Shown here piece after piece: positions 1 through 9,603 of a stretch of 64,000 bases of DNA. The notes beneath the pieces are model-generated. The model was given only the letters and a program-made list of their open reading frames with translations, did not search any database and was not told where the DNA came from. Positions within the stretch are counted from its first letter, which is position 1. Every line of letters begins with the position of its first letter. The position numbers and the translations under genes are program-made. The DNA is from an uncultured delta proteobacterium (GTDB lineage: Bacteria; Desulfobacterota; Binatia; Binatales; Binataceae): the NCBI GenBank assembly GCA_963711565.1, contig CAVQEQ010000003.1, positions 1,376,001 to 1,440,000 on the forward strand, given 5' to 3'.

Positions 1-1
1 A

Positions 2-2857
2 GGCATCATCGTGACTCCGACCGTGTCGCCGACCTCTCTGTCGTACGGGAGGGTCGAGGTCGATACCATTTCGGCGGCACAAACGGTTATGCTCTCCAAT
101 TCCAACGCGGTGGCTGTGACCTTCACTTCGATTACCGCCAGTGCCCCGTATGTCATAAGTGCGAATGGCTGTGGCGCCTCAGTGCCGGCGAACTCGAGCT
201 GCCAGGTTTCAGTGACGTTCGATCCGACCTCTGCCAGCAAGCCGAATGGAACCACCGAAAATGGAAAGCTGACCTTCGTCGATAATGGGCATAAGTCCAC
301 CCAAGTAGTGGACCTCACCGGCATCGCGTTTGGAACGGCGCCGTCACCAACCGCTAGCGCAACGCCAACGGCAACGTCGGCGGCGACGGCGACTCCAACG
401 TCAACGGCAACGTCAACGTTGTCGGCGACAGCGACTCCAACTTCGACGGCAACATCAACTGCAACTTTAACAGCGACCGCAACGGCCACACGTACGGCCA
501 CGGCGACCGCAACGCCGACCGTCACTGCGACGGCGACGACGACTACAACTGCGACCGCGACTACCACTCTGACCGCGACGGCCACCGCGACCGCAACATC
601 AACCACAACTTCGACTCCGAGTGCGACGCCGACGAGCACGCCGGGACCTGAGGCTGGAGGCATCCTGATCGCCGGCGGCGATATCGGCGGCAAGCTGGAA
701 GGCCTGCTGGAACTGGCGACCTCGACGGTGTCGAGCGCCGCGGCACAGGTCTTCAACACCTCGACCAACACCTTCACGGCGGTGGGATCGCTCAACACCC
801 CGCGCGAGTCGGCTGCGGCTGTAGTGCTGCCCAACGGCAAGGTCCTGATCGTGGGCGGCGAAAACTGCCAGGCGGCGGCCTATGACGGCGCCACCAGCGG
901 CGCCTTCCTGTGCACCGCGCTGCAGACGGCAGAACTGTACGACGAGAACACCCAGACCTTCTCGTTTGCCGGCAGCGGCAGCGACGGCCTGATGACGATC
1001 GCCCGCAGCGGTCCGAGCGCAACCCTGATCGAGGGCAGCGGCACTGCATTGGACGGCCAGGTGCTGATAGTGGGCGGCTCGACCGGCATCTCATTCCTGT
1101 CGGCCACCGCGCAGCCCGGGGAGCCGAGCGAGACCGCTCTCAACACGGGTGAGTTGTACAACCCGGCGACCGATGCTTTCACGGCGCTGCCCACTGCTAT
1201 TCCGGGATGCCCGGCGGGCGAGTCGTCGACAACCACGCCGGCATGCTCAGACGCGCTGCCTTCGACGTGCGCGTCACCGACAATTGAGACTCCGATCACG
1301 GCAATCAGTGAAAGCGGAACAACTGTCACCGTCACCACTGCGGCGAACCCGCCCGGCCTGACGGTTGGCAGCAGCGTTGTAATCGCCGGCGTAGTTAACC
1401 CGACCACCGGGGTAAGTATTGCGGGCTACAACAATGTCTTCAGCGTGGCCACCATCCCGACCAGCAGCACGTTTACCTTCACCGCCGCCTCCTCAGGTTT
1501 GGCTGCGGCGAGCAGCGGCTTTACCTCGGCCGGCAACATCCTGTCGGCATCGGAAAGCGGCACGCTGGTAACTGTCAACACGACGGCGAATCCGCCGGGT
1601 CTATTGGTGGGCAGCAACGTCACGGTTTCGGCGGTGAAGATTGGAACATCGTTCACCAGCAACGGTTACGACGGCGAGTTCGCCGTGACCGCGATCCCGT
1701 CGAGCACCTCGTTCCAATACACTGCGGCCACTTCGGGCTTGGGGGCGGCGTCGGGCGGTGGAGCGGCGACGGCCGACACGTTCGAGTGCGGCATACTGGA
1801 CCAGGGCGCGGCGGTGATCCCGGGCGCCAGCGGCGATGTACTTCTGGCGGGCGGCGACTTCATCGAGTTCCTCGGCGAGTCGTCGAATTACTCGTTCATC
1901 TTCAACCCGTCGATGGAGACCTTCTCGAAGACCATGGGCAACCTGGTTACGCCGCGCGAGCTGGCGTCGCTGGTTGCAATCCCGTCGGAAGGCACCGTGG
2001 TATCGTTCGGCGGCGTCGAAGCCAACAGCGCGGCCTGCCCGGCCAACAGCGGCGAGATCGTCGTGTCCACGCTGACCACGGCGGAAGTGTACAATCCGGG
2101 ATCACAATCCTGGGGCACGACTGCCAACAACATGTCTGTGAAGCGGGCGGCCACCGCGACGCCGATTGTGACCGGCGCGTTGGCGGGCGACGTGATCCTG
2201 CCTGGCGGCGTCGATGTGGAAGCGGGCACGCTGCCCTCGACCTGCGTGGCGCTGACCTCGTTGGAGCAGTCGGCGCAGTCTCAGACCGATCTGTACGAAC
2301 CGGGCACGGGAGCGGGCGGGACCTTCGTCGGCTCGACCGGCTCGCTCATACAGCCGCGTGAAGGGACGTCGCAAGGCTTCATCGGCGCGGGCGCCGACGA
2401 GACCCTGATGCTGGCTGGCGGCGGTGCGTGCACGCAGAAGACGCCGACCCTCGAGTCCGCACCGATAGGCACCGCAACCGCGGCGAGCGTCTGCGGCGCC
2501 ACTAGCGCGGAGAACGATTTCTCTGAGCTCTACAACCAGTTGACCCAGACCTGGACGCCGGGCCCGCAATCCGCCGGCGGCATCACGACCGCTGCGATCG
2601 CGTCCGCCAGTGAAAGCGGCAACACGGTGACGATCACGATGTTAACGGCGAACCCGGTCGGGTTGGCTGTTAACGGCAACGTGACAATCGCAGGCGTAAG
2701 CGTGTCGGGATACGACGGAACCTTCCCGGTAACCGCGATTCCGAGCAGCACCACGTTCCAGTACATCGCGCCCACGTCGGGATTGGGAGCTGGGACAGGC
2801 GGAAACGCGCTGGCAGTCACTACAGCCAATGCAGCGGCGACGGCGGTGCTGCCATAG
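2..2857 (+). CDS. Large surface/secreted protein, 5'-truncated: Ig-like (ASPM/Hydin, choice-of-anchor D-like) domain, Thr/Ala linker, Kelch-like repeats and three inserted beta-rich modules
   Basis: Frame is open from base 2 (GGC ATC ATC GTG...). N-terminus has a 'C...V.A.SSCQVSVTFDPT' Ig-like motif. A long TATAT linker follows, then Kelch-type motifs 'GSLNTPRESAAAVVLPNGKVLIVGG' and 'AELYD/GELYNP/AEVYNP'. Confidence 0.8.
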   Translation, partial: GIIVTPTVSPTSLSYGRVEVDTISAAQTVMLSNSNAVAVTFTSITASAPYVISANGCGASVPANSSCQVSVTFDPTSASKPNGTTENGKLTFVDNGHKSTQVVDLTGIAFGTAPSPTASATPTATSAATATPTSTATSTLSATATPTSTATSTATLTATATATRTATATATPTVTATATTTTTATATTTLTATATATATSTTTSTPSATPTSTPGPEAGGILIAGGDIGGKLEGLLELATSTVSSAAAQVFNTSTNTFTAVGSLNTPRESAAAVVLPNGKVLIVGGENCQAAAYDGATSGAFLCTALQTAELYDENTQTFSFAGSGSDGLMTIARSGPSATLIEGSGTALDGQVLIVGGSTGISFLSATAQPGEPSETALNTGELYNPATDAFTALPTAIPGCPAGESSTTTPACSDALPSTCASPTIETPITAISESGTTVTVTTAANPPGLTVGSSVVIAGVVNPTTGVSIAGYNNVFSVATIPTSSTFTFTAASSGLAAASSGFTSAGNILSASESGTLVTVNTTANPPGLLVGSNVTVSAVKIGTSFTSNGYDGEFAVTAIPSSTSFQYTAATSGLGAASGGGAATADTFECGILDQGAAVIPGASGDVLLAGGDFIEFLGESSNYSFIFNPSMETFSKTMGNLVTPRELASLVAIPSEGTVVSFGGVEANSAACPANSGEIVVSTLTTAEVYNPGSQSWGTTANNMSVKRAATATPIVTGALAGDVILPGGVDVEAGTLPSTCVALTSLEQSAQSQTDLYEPGTGAGGTFVGSTGSLIQPREGTSQGFIGAGADETLMLAGGGACTQKTPTLESAPIGTATAASVCGATSAENDFSELYNQLTQTWTPGPQSAGGITTAAIASASESGNTVTITMLTANPVGLAVNGNVTIAGVSVSGYDGTFPVTAIPSSTTFQYIAPTSGLGAGTGGNALAVTTANAAATAVLP
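341..645 (+). repeat. Low-complexity Thr/Ala/Pro coding repeat (TATATPT linker)
   Basis: Degenerate GCN-ACN codon repeats encode about 100 aa of T/A/P/S. Confidence 0.85.
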
Positions 2858-2885
2858 CCGACACCTCCAACAGATTGAACTGACC

Positions 2886-2920
2886 GGCGATGCCGTCCCT
2901 CGAAAGGGGGCGGCATCGCC
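2886..2920 (+). terminator. GC-rich hairpin after the surface protein gene
   Basis: GGCGATGCCGTCCCT-CGAAA-GGGGGCGGCATCGCC inverted repeat about 30 nt after the stop; no strong U-tract. Confidence 0.5.
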
Positions 2921-3041
2921 GCATCAGCAGGTCTGCGCTTCGCCTGCAATCGATTGCGAGTTATGATGGCGAGCATGTTCGCGAAGGACGTGATGCCAGC
3001 AATCAGGCGCTGAGGCGCTGCTCGGCAACGAGGAGGAACCA

Positions 3042-3746
3042 ATGACACAGACGAAAGCGGGCGCGCCGAAATCGACTGCGCGACAGTACGCAGAATCGCT
3101 TGGTCTCGCGCTGATATTGGCGATCGTGATGCGTTCGTCTTTTGTGCAGGCGTACGTGATTCCGTCGGGGTCGATGGAGCCGACGATCCTGGTTGGCGAC
3201 CATATTTTCGTGAACAAGGTCGCGTACGGTTTGCGAATCCCCGAAACGATCGCGGGCGTCCACGTGCCCGGACTTTCCACCGGGAAGTACATCTTTCACC
3301 TCGCGCCGATACATCGCGGCGATATCATCGTGTTCACCGCTCCCTATGACCGCAGCATGGACTTGATCAAGCGGGTGATCGGCGTGCCGGGAGACCGAAT
3401 CCAGGTGGTCGATGGAGTCGTGTGGCGCAACGGCGAGCGGATAGCGGATCCTCATGCGTACCTTTCACACGACGCAACCTCTCGATCGCCGTTCCTCGCG
3501 AGCGACAATTTTCCGCCCCGGGATCCGCGCCATCCCGAGGCAGTTCCGGCGCCCGTGGTAGTGCCGCCCGGCAAGCTTTTCATGATGGGCGACAATCGCG
3601 ACGACAGCTACGACAGCCGCTTCTGGGGCTTCGCCGATCAGAACAACGTCGAAGGCCGCGCGTCAGTGATTTACTTTTCGTGGAATCACGACGGGCCGGG
3701 AGCGCTGCCGCTCCGATGGAATCGATTCGGCAAGGTCCTGGATTAA
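3042..3746 (+). CDS. lepB: Signal peptidase I
   Basis: Motifs 'IPSGSMEPTILVGD', 'IKRVIGVPGD' and 'MGDNRDDSYDSRFWGF'; RBS GAGGA. Confidence 0.95.
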   Translation: MTQTKAGAPKSTARQYAESLGLALILAIVMRSSFVQAYVIPSGSMEPTILVGDHIFVNKVAYGLRIPETIAGVHVPGLSTGKYIFHLAPIHRGDIIVFTAPYDRSMDLIKRVIGVPGDRIQVVDGVVWRNGERIADPHAYLSHDATSRSPFLASDNFPPRDPRHPEAVPAPVVVPPGKLFMMGDNRDDSYDSRFWGFADQNNVEGRASVIYFSWNHDGPGALPLRWNRFGKVLD

Positions 3747-3796
3747 GCGACTCCTGGCGGCTCTATTCGAGCCGGCCTTTCGTCAGGAGAAAAACA

Positions 3797-4974
3797 ATGG
3801 ACACCACTGCCGGCGAATACTATTTCACGCGACTCGAGACGGTCGCCTTCGGCATCGGCAAGGTTAACTCGCTCGGGCGCGAATTGTCGCGGCGCGGGGC
3901 GAAGCGCGCGCTTATCGTTACGGGCAAGACGCTCGGGCGGTCGAAACTGCTGGACAAAGTGAAGAGTGCGGCGGGTTCCGCGCTCGCGGGAGTTTTCACC
4001 GGCGCGGCGCAGCATGTGCCGTCGCATACGGTGACCGAGCTGGTTACCGAGGCGCGTCGCGTCGGCGCCGATGCGATGGTGAGTTTCGGCGGCGGCAGCC
4101 CGATCGACACGGTGAAGAACGCGGCGTGGCAGTTGATGGGCGGTCGCGCCGGCTCCGCACAATTGATTTCGCAAGCGGCGTCGCCGAGGGCGCTGGCGGC
4201 GGCGAGATCCTGCACATCGCAATACCGACCACGTTGTCGGCGGGCGAATTCACGCCGGCGGGCGGCGTCACCGACGAATCGACCAAAGTGAAAGGCGGCG
4301 TTGCCGATCCGCGCCTGCAGGCCAGGGTGGTGATTCTCGATCCCGCGCTGACCGTAGAGACGCCGTCATGGCTGTGGGCGTCGACCGGGATGCGCGCGCT
4401 CGATCACGCGGTCGAGGGTTCGTACTCGACGCGGCACCAGCTTGTGACCGATACGCTCGCGACGAAAGCGATCGCGCTGCTGAACGCGCATCTGCTGCCG
4501 TCGCTGCAAACGCATGGCGACGACGAGCTCGAGCATCGCGTGCAATGTCAGCTTGCCGCGTGGCTGTCGATTTTCGGCATGTCAAACACGCGCGGCGGAA
4601 TCTCGCACGCGCTGGGACATCAGATCGGGCCGATGTGGAACGTGCCGCACGGCATCACGTCATGCATCACGCTACCGCACGTGATGCGCTTCATGGCCGG
4701 CGTCGCCGCCGCTCGCTTCGCACCGATCGCGGACGGATTCGACGTCCGCTTCGACGCGCGCAGCCCACGCTCATCGGCGATGGAATGCGCCGATCGCACG
4801 GCCAGGTTCATCAGCAAGTTCGAGGTGCCGACGCGGCTGCGCGACGTAGGCGTGCCGCGCGAAGAAATATCGCGAATTGCGGGAACGGTGCTCGAAGAAG
4901 TGAAGCGCGCGAACACGGTGGGGGTCGAGGTGACCCTCGAGCAGTTGGTGGGAATTTTGGATGCTGCGTATTGA
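3797..4974 (+). pseudogene. Iron-containing alcohol dehydrogenase, frameshifted near 4157 as sequenced (probably intact in vivo)
   Basis: The N-half (MDTTAGEYY...GGGSPIDTVK) and C-half (IPTTLSAGE, DPALT, ALDHAVE, SHALGH..PHG) lie in different frames. Adding one base gives a 392-aa protein. RBS AGGAG. Confidence 0.85.
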
Positions 4975-5097
4975 GCGCGTGCAGTTACGGCCCGCGGCAA
5001 TTGCGAACAAAACTCTGGCGTGTCCTAATGACATCGCGATCGATTGTCGCACGCGCGGAAATGAAATGCATTGGGCTGCAATGAAACGGAGGAACGG

Positions 5098-5703
5098 ATG
5101 ATTAAGCTGTATGGAACGTCGATGTCGCGCGCGGCCCGTAGCCTGTGGGCGTTGGAAGAGGTCGGCGTCAAATACGAGCATGTGCCGGTGGGATTCACCG
5201 GCGAGCTGCGAAAGCCGGAGTACCTCAGAATAAATCCGAACGGGCACATGCCCGCACTCGACGACAGCGGGACGTTCCTGTGGGAATCGATGGCAATAAA
5301 TCTGTACATCGCGGAAAAATATGGGAAGGCGCCCCTGTGGCCGTCAACGGTCGAGGCTCATGGCGCGTGTTACCAGTGGAGCTTCTGGGGCATGACAGAG
5401 GTGGAATCGACGCTGCTGGAAATTTTTCTGAATCAGATGCAGCCAGCCGAACAGCGGGATGCAAAAGTGGCGCAGGCCGGAGTCGAGAAACTCAAGACGC
5501 CGCTCAAGGTGCTCGACGATCATTTGCAGAAATCCGATTACCTGCTTGGTAAGGAATTCACCATCGCAGACCTGAACGTAGCGTCCGTGATGAGTCTCGC
5601 GCCGCTCATTCAGCTTGATCTTTCGACGACTCCGACCGCACAGCAGTGGTTGCAGAAGTGTCTTGCACGGCCGGCGAATCAGAGAGCGGTCGCGATGAAA
5701 TAG
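5098..5703 (+). CDS. Glutathione S-transferase family protein
   Basis: Motifs 'EYLRINPNGHMPAL', 'LWESMAINLYIAEKY' and 'YLLGKEFTIADL'; RBS GGAGG before ATG 5098. Confidence 0.93.
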   Translation: MIKLYGTSMSRAARSLWALEEVGVKYEHVPVGFTGELRKPEYLRINPNGHMPALDDSGTFLWESMAINLYIAEKYGKAPLWPSTVEAHGACYQWSFWGMTEVESTLLEIFLNQMQPAEQRDAKVAQAGVEKLKTPLKVLDDHLQKSDYLLGKEFTIADLNVASVMSLAPLIQLDLSTTPTAQQWLQKCLARPANQRAVAMK

Positions 5704-5924
5704 CTTGGGAGCAACAAATCAGACGCGGAGTGAATTTTCGGCAGCCATATTGACTTTGCGCGCCCCGGCTGTAGCTTTCATGTCTGTAGAGTCGTCGGCT
5801 GTGACTTGTGCCTCGTCGCGCAAGGCAAATGGTTCGTGCGGGGGAGAGACTGGACTGGGGACAATTGCAAGTTATTTTCCCACTGCTTCCGCGAGACATT
5901 CGATGAAGGAGCCAAGGTGATCTA

Positions 5925-6650
5925 ATGCCTGCGTGCGGGCAGTGCGGCAAAGATAACCCGGAGGGTACAGCATTCTGCGGATACTGTGCGGCTCCGCTGC
6001 CGCAATCGTCGAAAGCGGGTCCCAAACTTTCTTCGCCACAAATACGCGGAGGATCGCCGCTGCCCAAGCCGTCCAACCCCGAAATTCGCACGCCAACATT
6101 CCATTCGACGGCGCCAAGCGGGGGCGGCAAGGCCAACGCCGGCTTCGAGCTGATCCCGTGGAGCGAACTTTCCTCGGGCCAGAGGGCGGGACGAGTAGCC
6201 GCGGCTTTGGTCGTCCTGCTCCTGATTTCCTTCTTCCTTCGCGGAATCTTGCGGAGCCTGGTTGGATCGCGCGCGAGTAGTGAACCCTCGCCGGTAGCAG
6301 ATGGCGCGAACGCTCCGATTACCGATGGTGACCGCAGAGACGGAATCGAATCGCTCTGCAAGGTATTTCAGATCTACGGTCTGCCCAAGAACGACAGCGG
6401 CGCGACCGAAGCAGTGCACAACGCGGCCGAATTGTTTAAACTCGCCGGTAATCAGTCGCCCGAGCGGAGCACATACATCCTGACCTCGATTGTCGGGGAG
6501 TTCCGCGCCGGCAAACTTGGCGACACCGACTGCGCGCAAGCGGGAGCGCCGATCCCCACCAACCCGGTAGAGACCCCCGACAATTCGAGCCCTGACAATT
6601 CGAGTCCCGACAATTCGAATCCCGCTAGCCAGCCGGGCAGCAATCAGTAA
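5925..6650 (+). CDS. Zinc-ribbon-domain single-pass membrane protein
   Basis: N-terminal CxxC-x10-CxxC, Pro-rich linker, one hydrophobic segment (AALVVLLLISFFL) and a Cys pair in the C-terminal domain. Confidence 0.75.
   Translation: MPACGQCGKDNPEGTAFCGYCAAPLPQSSKAGPKLSSPQIRGGSPLPKPSNPEIRTPTFHSTAPSGGGKANAGFELIPWSELSSGQRAGRVAAALVVLLLISFFLRGILRSLVGSRASSEPSPVADGANAPITDGDRRDGIESLCKVFQIYGLPKNDSGATEAVHNAAELFKLAGNQSPERSTYILTSIVGEFRAGKLGDTDCAQAGAPIPTNPVETPDNSSPDNSSPDNSNPASQPGSNQ
6575..6620 (+). repeat. Three 15-bp tandem repeats encoding (PDNSS)n
   Basis: CCCGACAATTCGAGC / CCTGACAATTCGAGT / CCCGACAATTCGAAT. Confidence 0.8.
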
Positions 6651-8090
6651 CTATCCGCGCCTGGAACGCGGGCGGGTCGTCCAGTAGTAAATCGGCACGC
6701 CGCTCAGCGCGATTAGCAATCCCGGCCAGGTGAAGCGCGGCTTCAGGATCAACAGATCGATCATCAGGGCCGACGCCGCGACTACGTAAAGTGCGGGGAC
6801 GATCGGATAGCCCCACGCGCGGTATGGACGCGGCGCGTCGGGGCGGCGGCGGCGCAGCACGAATACCGCTGACACCGTCAGCACGTAAAACATCAGCTGT
6901 GCGAAGATCACGTAGTCGAGCAACTCGGAGTAAGTGCCCGACAAGGTGAGGAGCGCGGCCCAGATTCCCTGCATCACGAGTGCGACGGCCGGCACGCTCG
7001 CGCGATTGAGGCGTCCTGCAGCGGCGAAGAACACACGGTCCTGCGACATCGCGTAGATGACGCGCGCACCCGTGAGGATCAGTCCGTTGGCGCATCCGAA
7101 GCCCGAGATCATCACGAGCACCGCGGTTATCTTCGCGCCCGCGCCGCCCCACACTACCTGCATCGCCGCCGCGGCGACGCGATCGCTCGACGCGTGCGCG
7201 ATTCCACGTCCCACCACAGTTGCGGCGTCCGCGGTTCCCGACGCGGGCAACTCGCAGAGGTAGGCAAGGTTGGTGAGAATGTAGAGCGCGATAACAACGC
7301 CGGTTCCGAACGCCAGCGCCAGTGGAAGATCGCGTTTGGGATTGCGCACCTCGGCGGCGGCGAAGGTCACGCTGGCCCATGCGTCGGCCGAGAACAGCGC
7401 ACCGACCATCGCGGCGCCGAAGACGCCCGCGCCTATCGACGTGGAGGAACTGCCGAAGAAAGCGGCCGAACTGCCGAAGTTTGCGTGAATCGCGGCGGGA
7501 TTCGGCATCAACACGCAACCGACGGCGACTATCAAACATAGCGAGAGAATTTTCGCGGTCGTGAAAGAGTTCTGCAGCCACTTGCCCATATTGAGGCCGC
7601 GCAGGTTGGCAGCGGTGAGAACCGCGATCACGATGATCGCGCCGGCGCGCTCGCCCGACAGTCCCGCGCCGCCGGCACCGAACCAGAGCGTCGAGCCGAG
7701 CACCGGCCACATGACGCCCGCAAAACGCGCGAACGCCACCGCGACCGCCGCGATCGTGCCGGTCTGGATGACGAGCAACAGTGTCCAGCCGAACATAAAC
7801 GCCCACATCCCGCCGTAAGCCTCGCGCAGATAGACATACTGGCCGCCGGCGGCGGGCATCATCGCGGCGAGTTCGCCGTACGCGAGAGCACCCGCGATAG
7901 TCATCACGCCCGCGACCAGCCAGACCATCAACAGGGCGAACGGAGTGCCGACCTGGCGCGTGATGTCGGCGGAGACGATGAAAATTCCCGAGCCGATCAT
8001 CGAGCCGGCAACGAGGGTGACCGAGTCGAAGAGCGAGAGACCCGGCTTCAGCTGGTTGGTGGAAGGGCCAAGTTTGGAGAGGCTCGCCAT
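6651..8090 (-). CDS. APC-family amino acid permease
   Basis: Motifs 'GSMIGSGIF', 'YGELAAMMPAAGGQYVYLREAYG' and 'AAEVRNPKRDLP'; about 12 TM segments; likely start MASLSK at 8090. Confidence 0.92.
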   Translation of the reverse strand: MASLSKLGPSTNQLKPGLSLFDSVTLVAGSMIGSGIFIVSADITRQVGTPFALLMVWLVAGVMTIAGALAYGELAAMMPAAGGQYVYLREAYGGMWAFMFGWTLLLVIQTGTIAAVAVAFARFAGVMWPVLGSTLWFGAGGAGLSGERAGAIIVIAVLTAANLRGLNMGKWLQNSFTTAKILSLCLIVAVGCVLMPNPAAIHANFGSSAAFFGSSSTSIGAGVFGAAMVGALFSADAWASVTFAAAEVRNPKRDLPLALAFGTGVVIALYILTNLAYLCELPASGTADAATVVGRGIAHASSDRVAAAAMQVVWGGAGAKITAVLVMISGFGCANGLILTGARVIYAMSQDRVFFAAAGRLNRASVPAVALVMQGIWAALLTLSGTYSELLDYVIFAQLMFYVLTVSAVFVLRRRRPDAPRPYRAWGYPIVPALYVVAASALMIDLLILKPRFTWPGLLIALSGVPIYYWTTRPRSRRG

Positions 8091-8257
8091 TGCGAACGCA
8101 TCGTAGCAGCACCGGCCGGCGGCTGCACGTGATTGGATTGAACGATGAGTCAAAGGGCGGGCGGAGTTGTGGTGCGGGGTGAGCGGCAACCACGACGCGG
8201 TAGAGTCCGAGTCAGTGATTCGGCGGATTCCTTCGCAGCAGCGACGGTCAGCGAGTC

Positions 8258-8291
8258 TCCCGCGCGCCGACGGCTCTAACGGCGCGCGGGA
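8258..8291 (-). terminator. Hairpin downstream of the small lipoprotein gene
   Basis: TCCCGCGCGCCG-N10-CGGCGCGCGGGA, a perfect 12-bp stem. Confidence 0.5.
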
Positions 8292-8314
8292 ACCCGCTCA
8301 GGAAACGAACTGAA

Positions 8315-8518
8315 TTACGGCGAGGCCGGGCTGGCCGCGGCAGCAGGACTGCTGGCGTCTGCGGCGCTGGGCGCGGCAGCAGCGCTCGAGGCGTCTGCCG
8401 GTGCGGCAGGCGCAGCCGCGGACGCGGCAGCGTCGGGCGCGGGAGCCGACTCGTCCGATTTATTGCAAGCCGTCACGAAGAACATCGAAACTAGTGCTAG
8501 AAGCAGAACCTTGCGCAT
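8315..8518 (-). CDS. Small Ala/Pro/Ser-rich lipoprotein
   Basis: Lipobox signal MRKVLLLALVSMFFVTA-C; RBS AAGGAG; low-complexity tail. Confidence 0.8.
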   Translation of the reverse strand: MRKVLLLALVSMFFVTACNKSDESAPAPDAAASAAAPAAPADASSAAAAPSAADASSPAAAASPASP

Positions 8519-8748
8519 CGCTTTCTCCTTGGTTGCTCGGTGCTCGGTTGAGCGCGGAAACTTGAAACGGGGCAAGAATACGATAGGCGCGGAATAACTT
8601 CAAGCGCGCGTTTTGCCCCGTATTCACAGTCCGCCGCCACTCTCGGCGTGCAGCCCGCGAAAGAAATTTTTTGACTATTTCGCCGGCATCTGTATCATTC
8701 GATCACGATTTCGCCGTTTTAGGGGCGGATGAGGTGGAGGGTAGTCGG

Positions 8749-8985
8749 GTGGAAGAGCGGCGCATTATTTTCGCGGGCCTCGGGCTCGCAAATCGGCGTA
8801 ATTCTCAAATCGTCGAGCATGAGCTCGACATGGTGCGAAGCGCGGAGCGTCCAATCGCGGGCGTGCCGACGCTCACGCGTATCCGCAACTGGCTGATGCC
8901 GTCGGGACGGCTGGTGGGTCCGCCGATGCGCTCGGTGGCGCGGGAGCTCGAAGAAGCCTTCCCGAGCCGCGACATCCAGGTGTAA
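8749..8985 (+). CDS. Small hypothetical protein (78 aa)
   Basis: GTG start with GGAGGG RBS 7 nt upstream; fills the gap before the RidA gene on the same strand. Confidence 0.55.
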   Translation: MEERRIIFAGLGLANRRNSQIVEHELDMVRSAERPIAGVPTLTRIRNWLMPSGRLVGPPMRSVARELEEAFPSRDIQV

Positions 8986-9030
8986 ACTCGCGCGCGCGTA
9001 CGGACTCCGTTCGCGGAGAGGGAGATTACG

Positions 9031-9519
9031 ATGAGCGCGATCTCGCGAATCTCGACCAATACGCCGTGGGAGCCGATCGTCGGCTATTCGCGGCTGGTGC
9101 GGGCCGGTGACATCGTCGCAGTCTCGGGCACCACCGCCACCGACGAGCGCGGGATGATCGTCGGCGGCGGACAGATGTACGTGCAGGCGCGCCAGGCGCT
9201 GGTCAATATTCGCACGGCGCTCGAGCGCGCCGGGCTCGCGATGCATCACGTCATTCGCACGCGGATGTTCGTCACTGACATGTCGCGCTTTGCGGAAGTG
9301 GCTCGCGCGCACATGGAATTCTTTGCCGACTCGCCGCCCGCATCGACGATCGTCGAAGTGCGCCGGCTCGCGAATCCCGACATGATGATCGAGATCGAAG
9401 CCGACGCATACGCGGGCGCTGCTACGAGCCAGGCGCCTGCGCCGAAACCGAAAGCCTCGGTCACGGTGAAAGCAAAGCCTGCGACGAAGTCCGCGAAGAA
9501 GCCCGCGCGCCGCAAGTAG
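9031..9519 (+). CDS. RidA/YjgF family protein with a Lys/Pro/Ala-rich tail
   Basis: Motifs 'WEPIVGYSR', 'VSGTT', 'VIRTRMFVTD', 'PASTIVEV' and 'IEIEA'. Confidence 0.9.
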   Translation: MSAISRISTNTPWEPIVGYSRLVRAGDIVAVSGTTATDERGMIVGGGQMYVQARQALVNIRTALERAGLAMHHVIRTRMFVTDMSRFAEVARAHMEFFADSPPASTIVEVRRLANPDMMIEIEADAYAGAATSQAPAPKPKASVTVKAKPATKSAKKPARRK

Positions 9520-9603
9520 CGCCCGAGTAGGACGGAATTTATTCCGTCATCCGAATCAGCGCGTGCGATTTCTCTTCTCTCTCCTGATGGGAGAGCGGTT
9601 CCT

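Noticed and set aside
341-645. Repetitive tract as a possible CRISPR array or VNTR
   Set aside because: It is a degenerate codon-level Thr/Ala linker with no fixed repeat-spacer period and no cas genes.
5705-5920. 71-aa ORF or c-di-GMP riboswitch-like GGCAAA in the GST downstream spacer
   Set aside because: The ORF has no RBS or motif, and the remaining riboswitch elements are missing.
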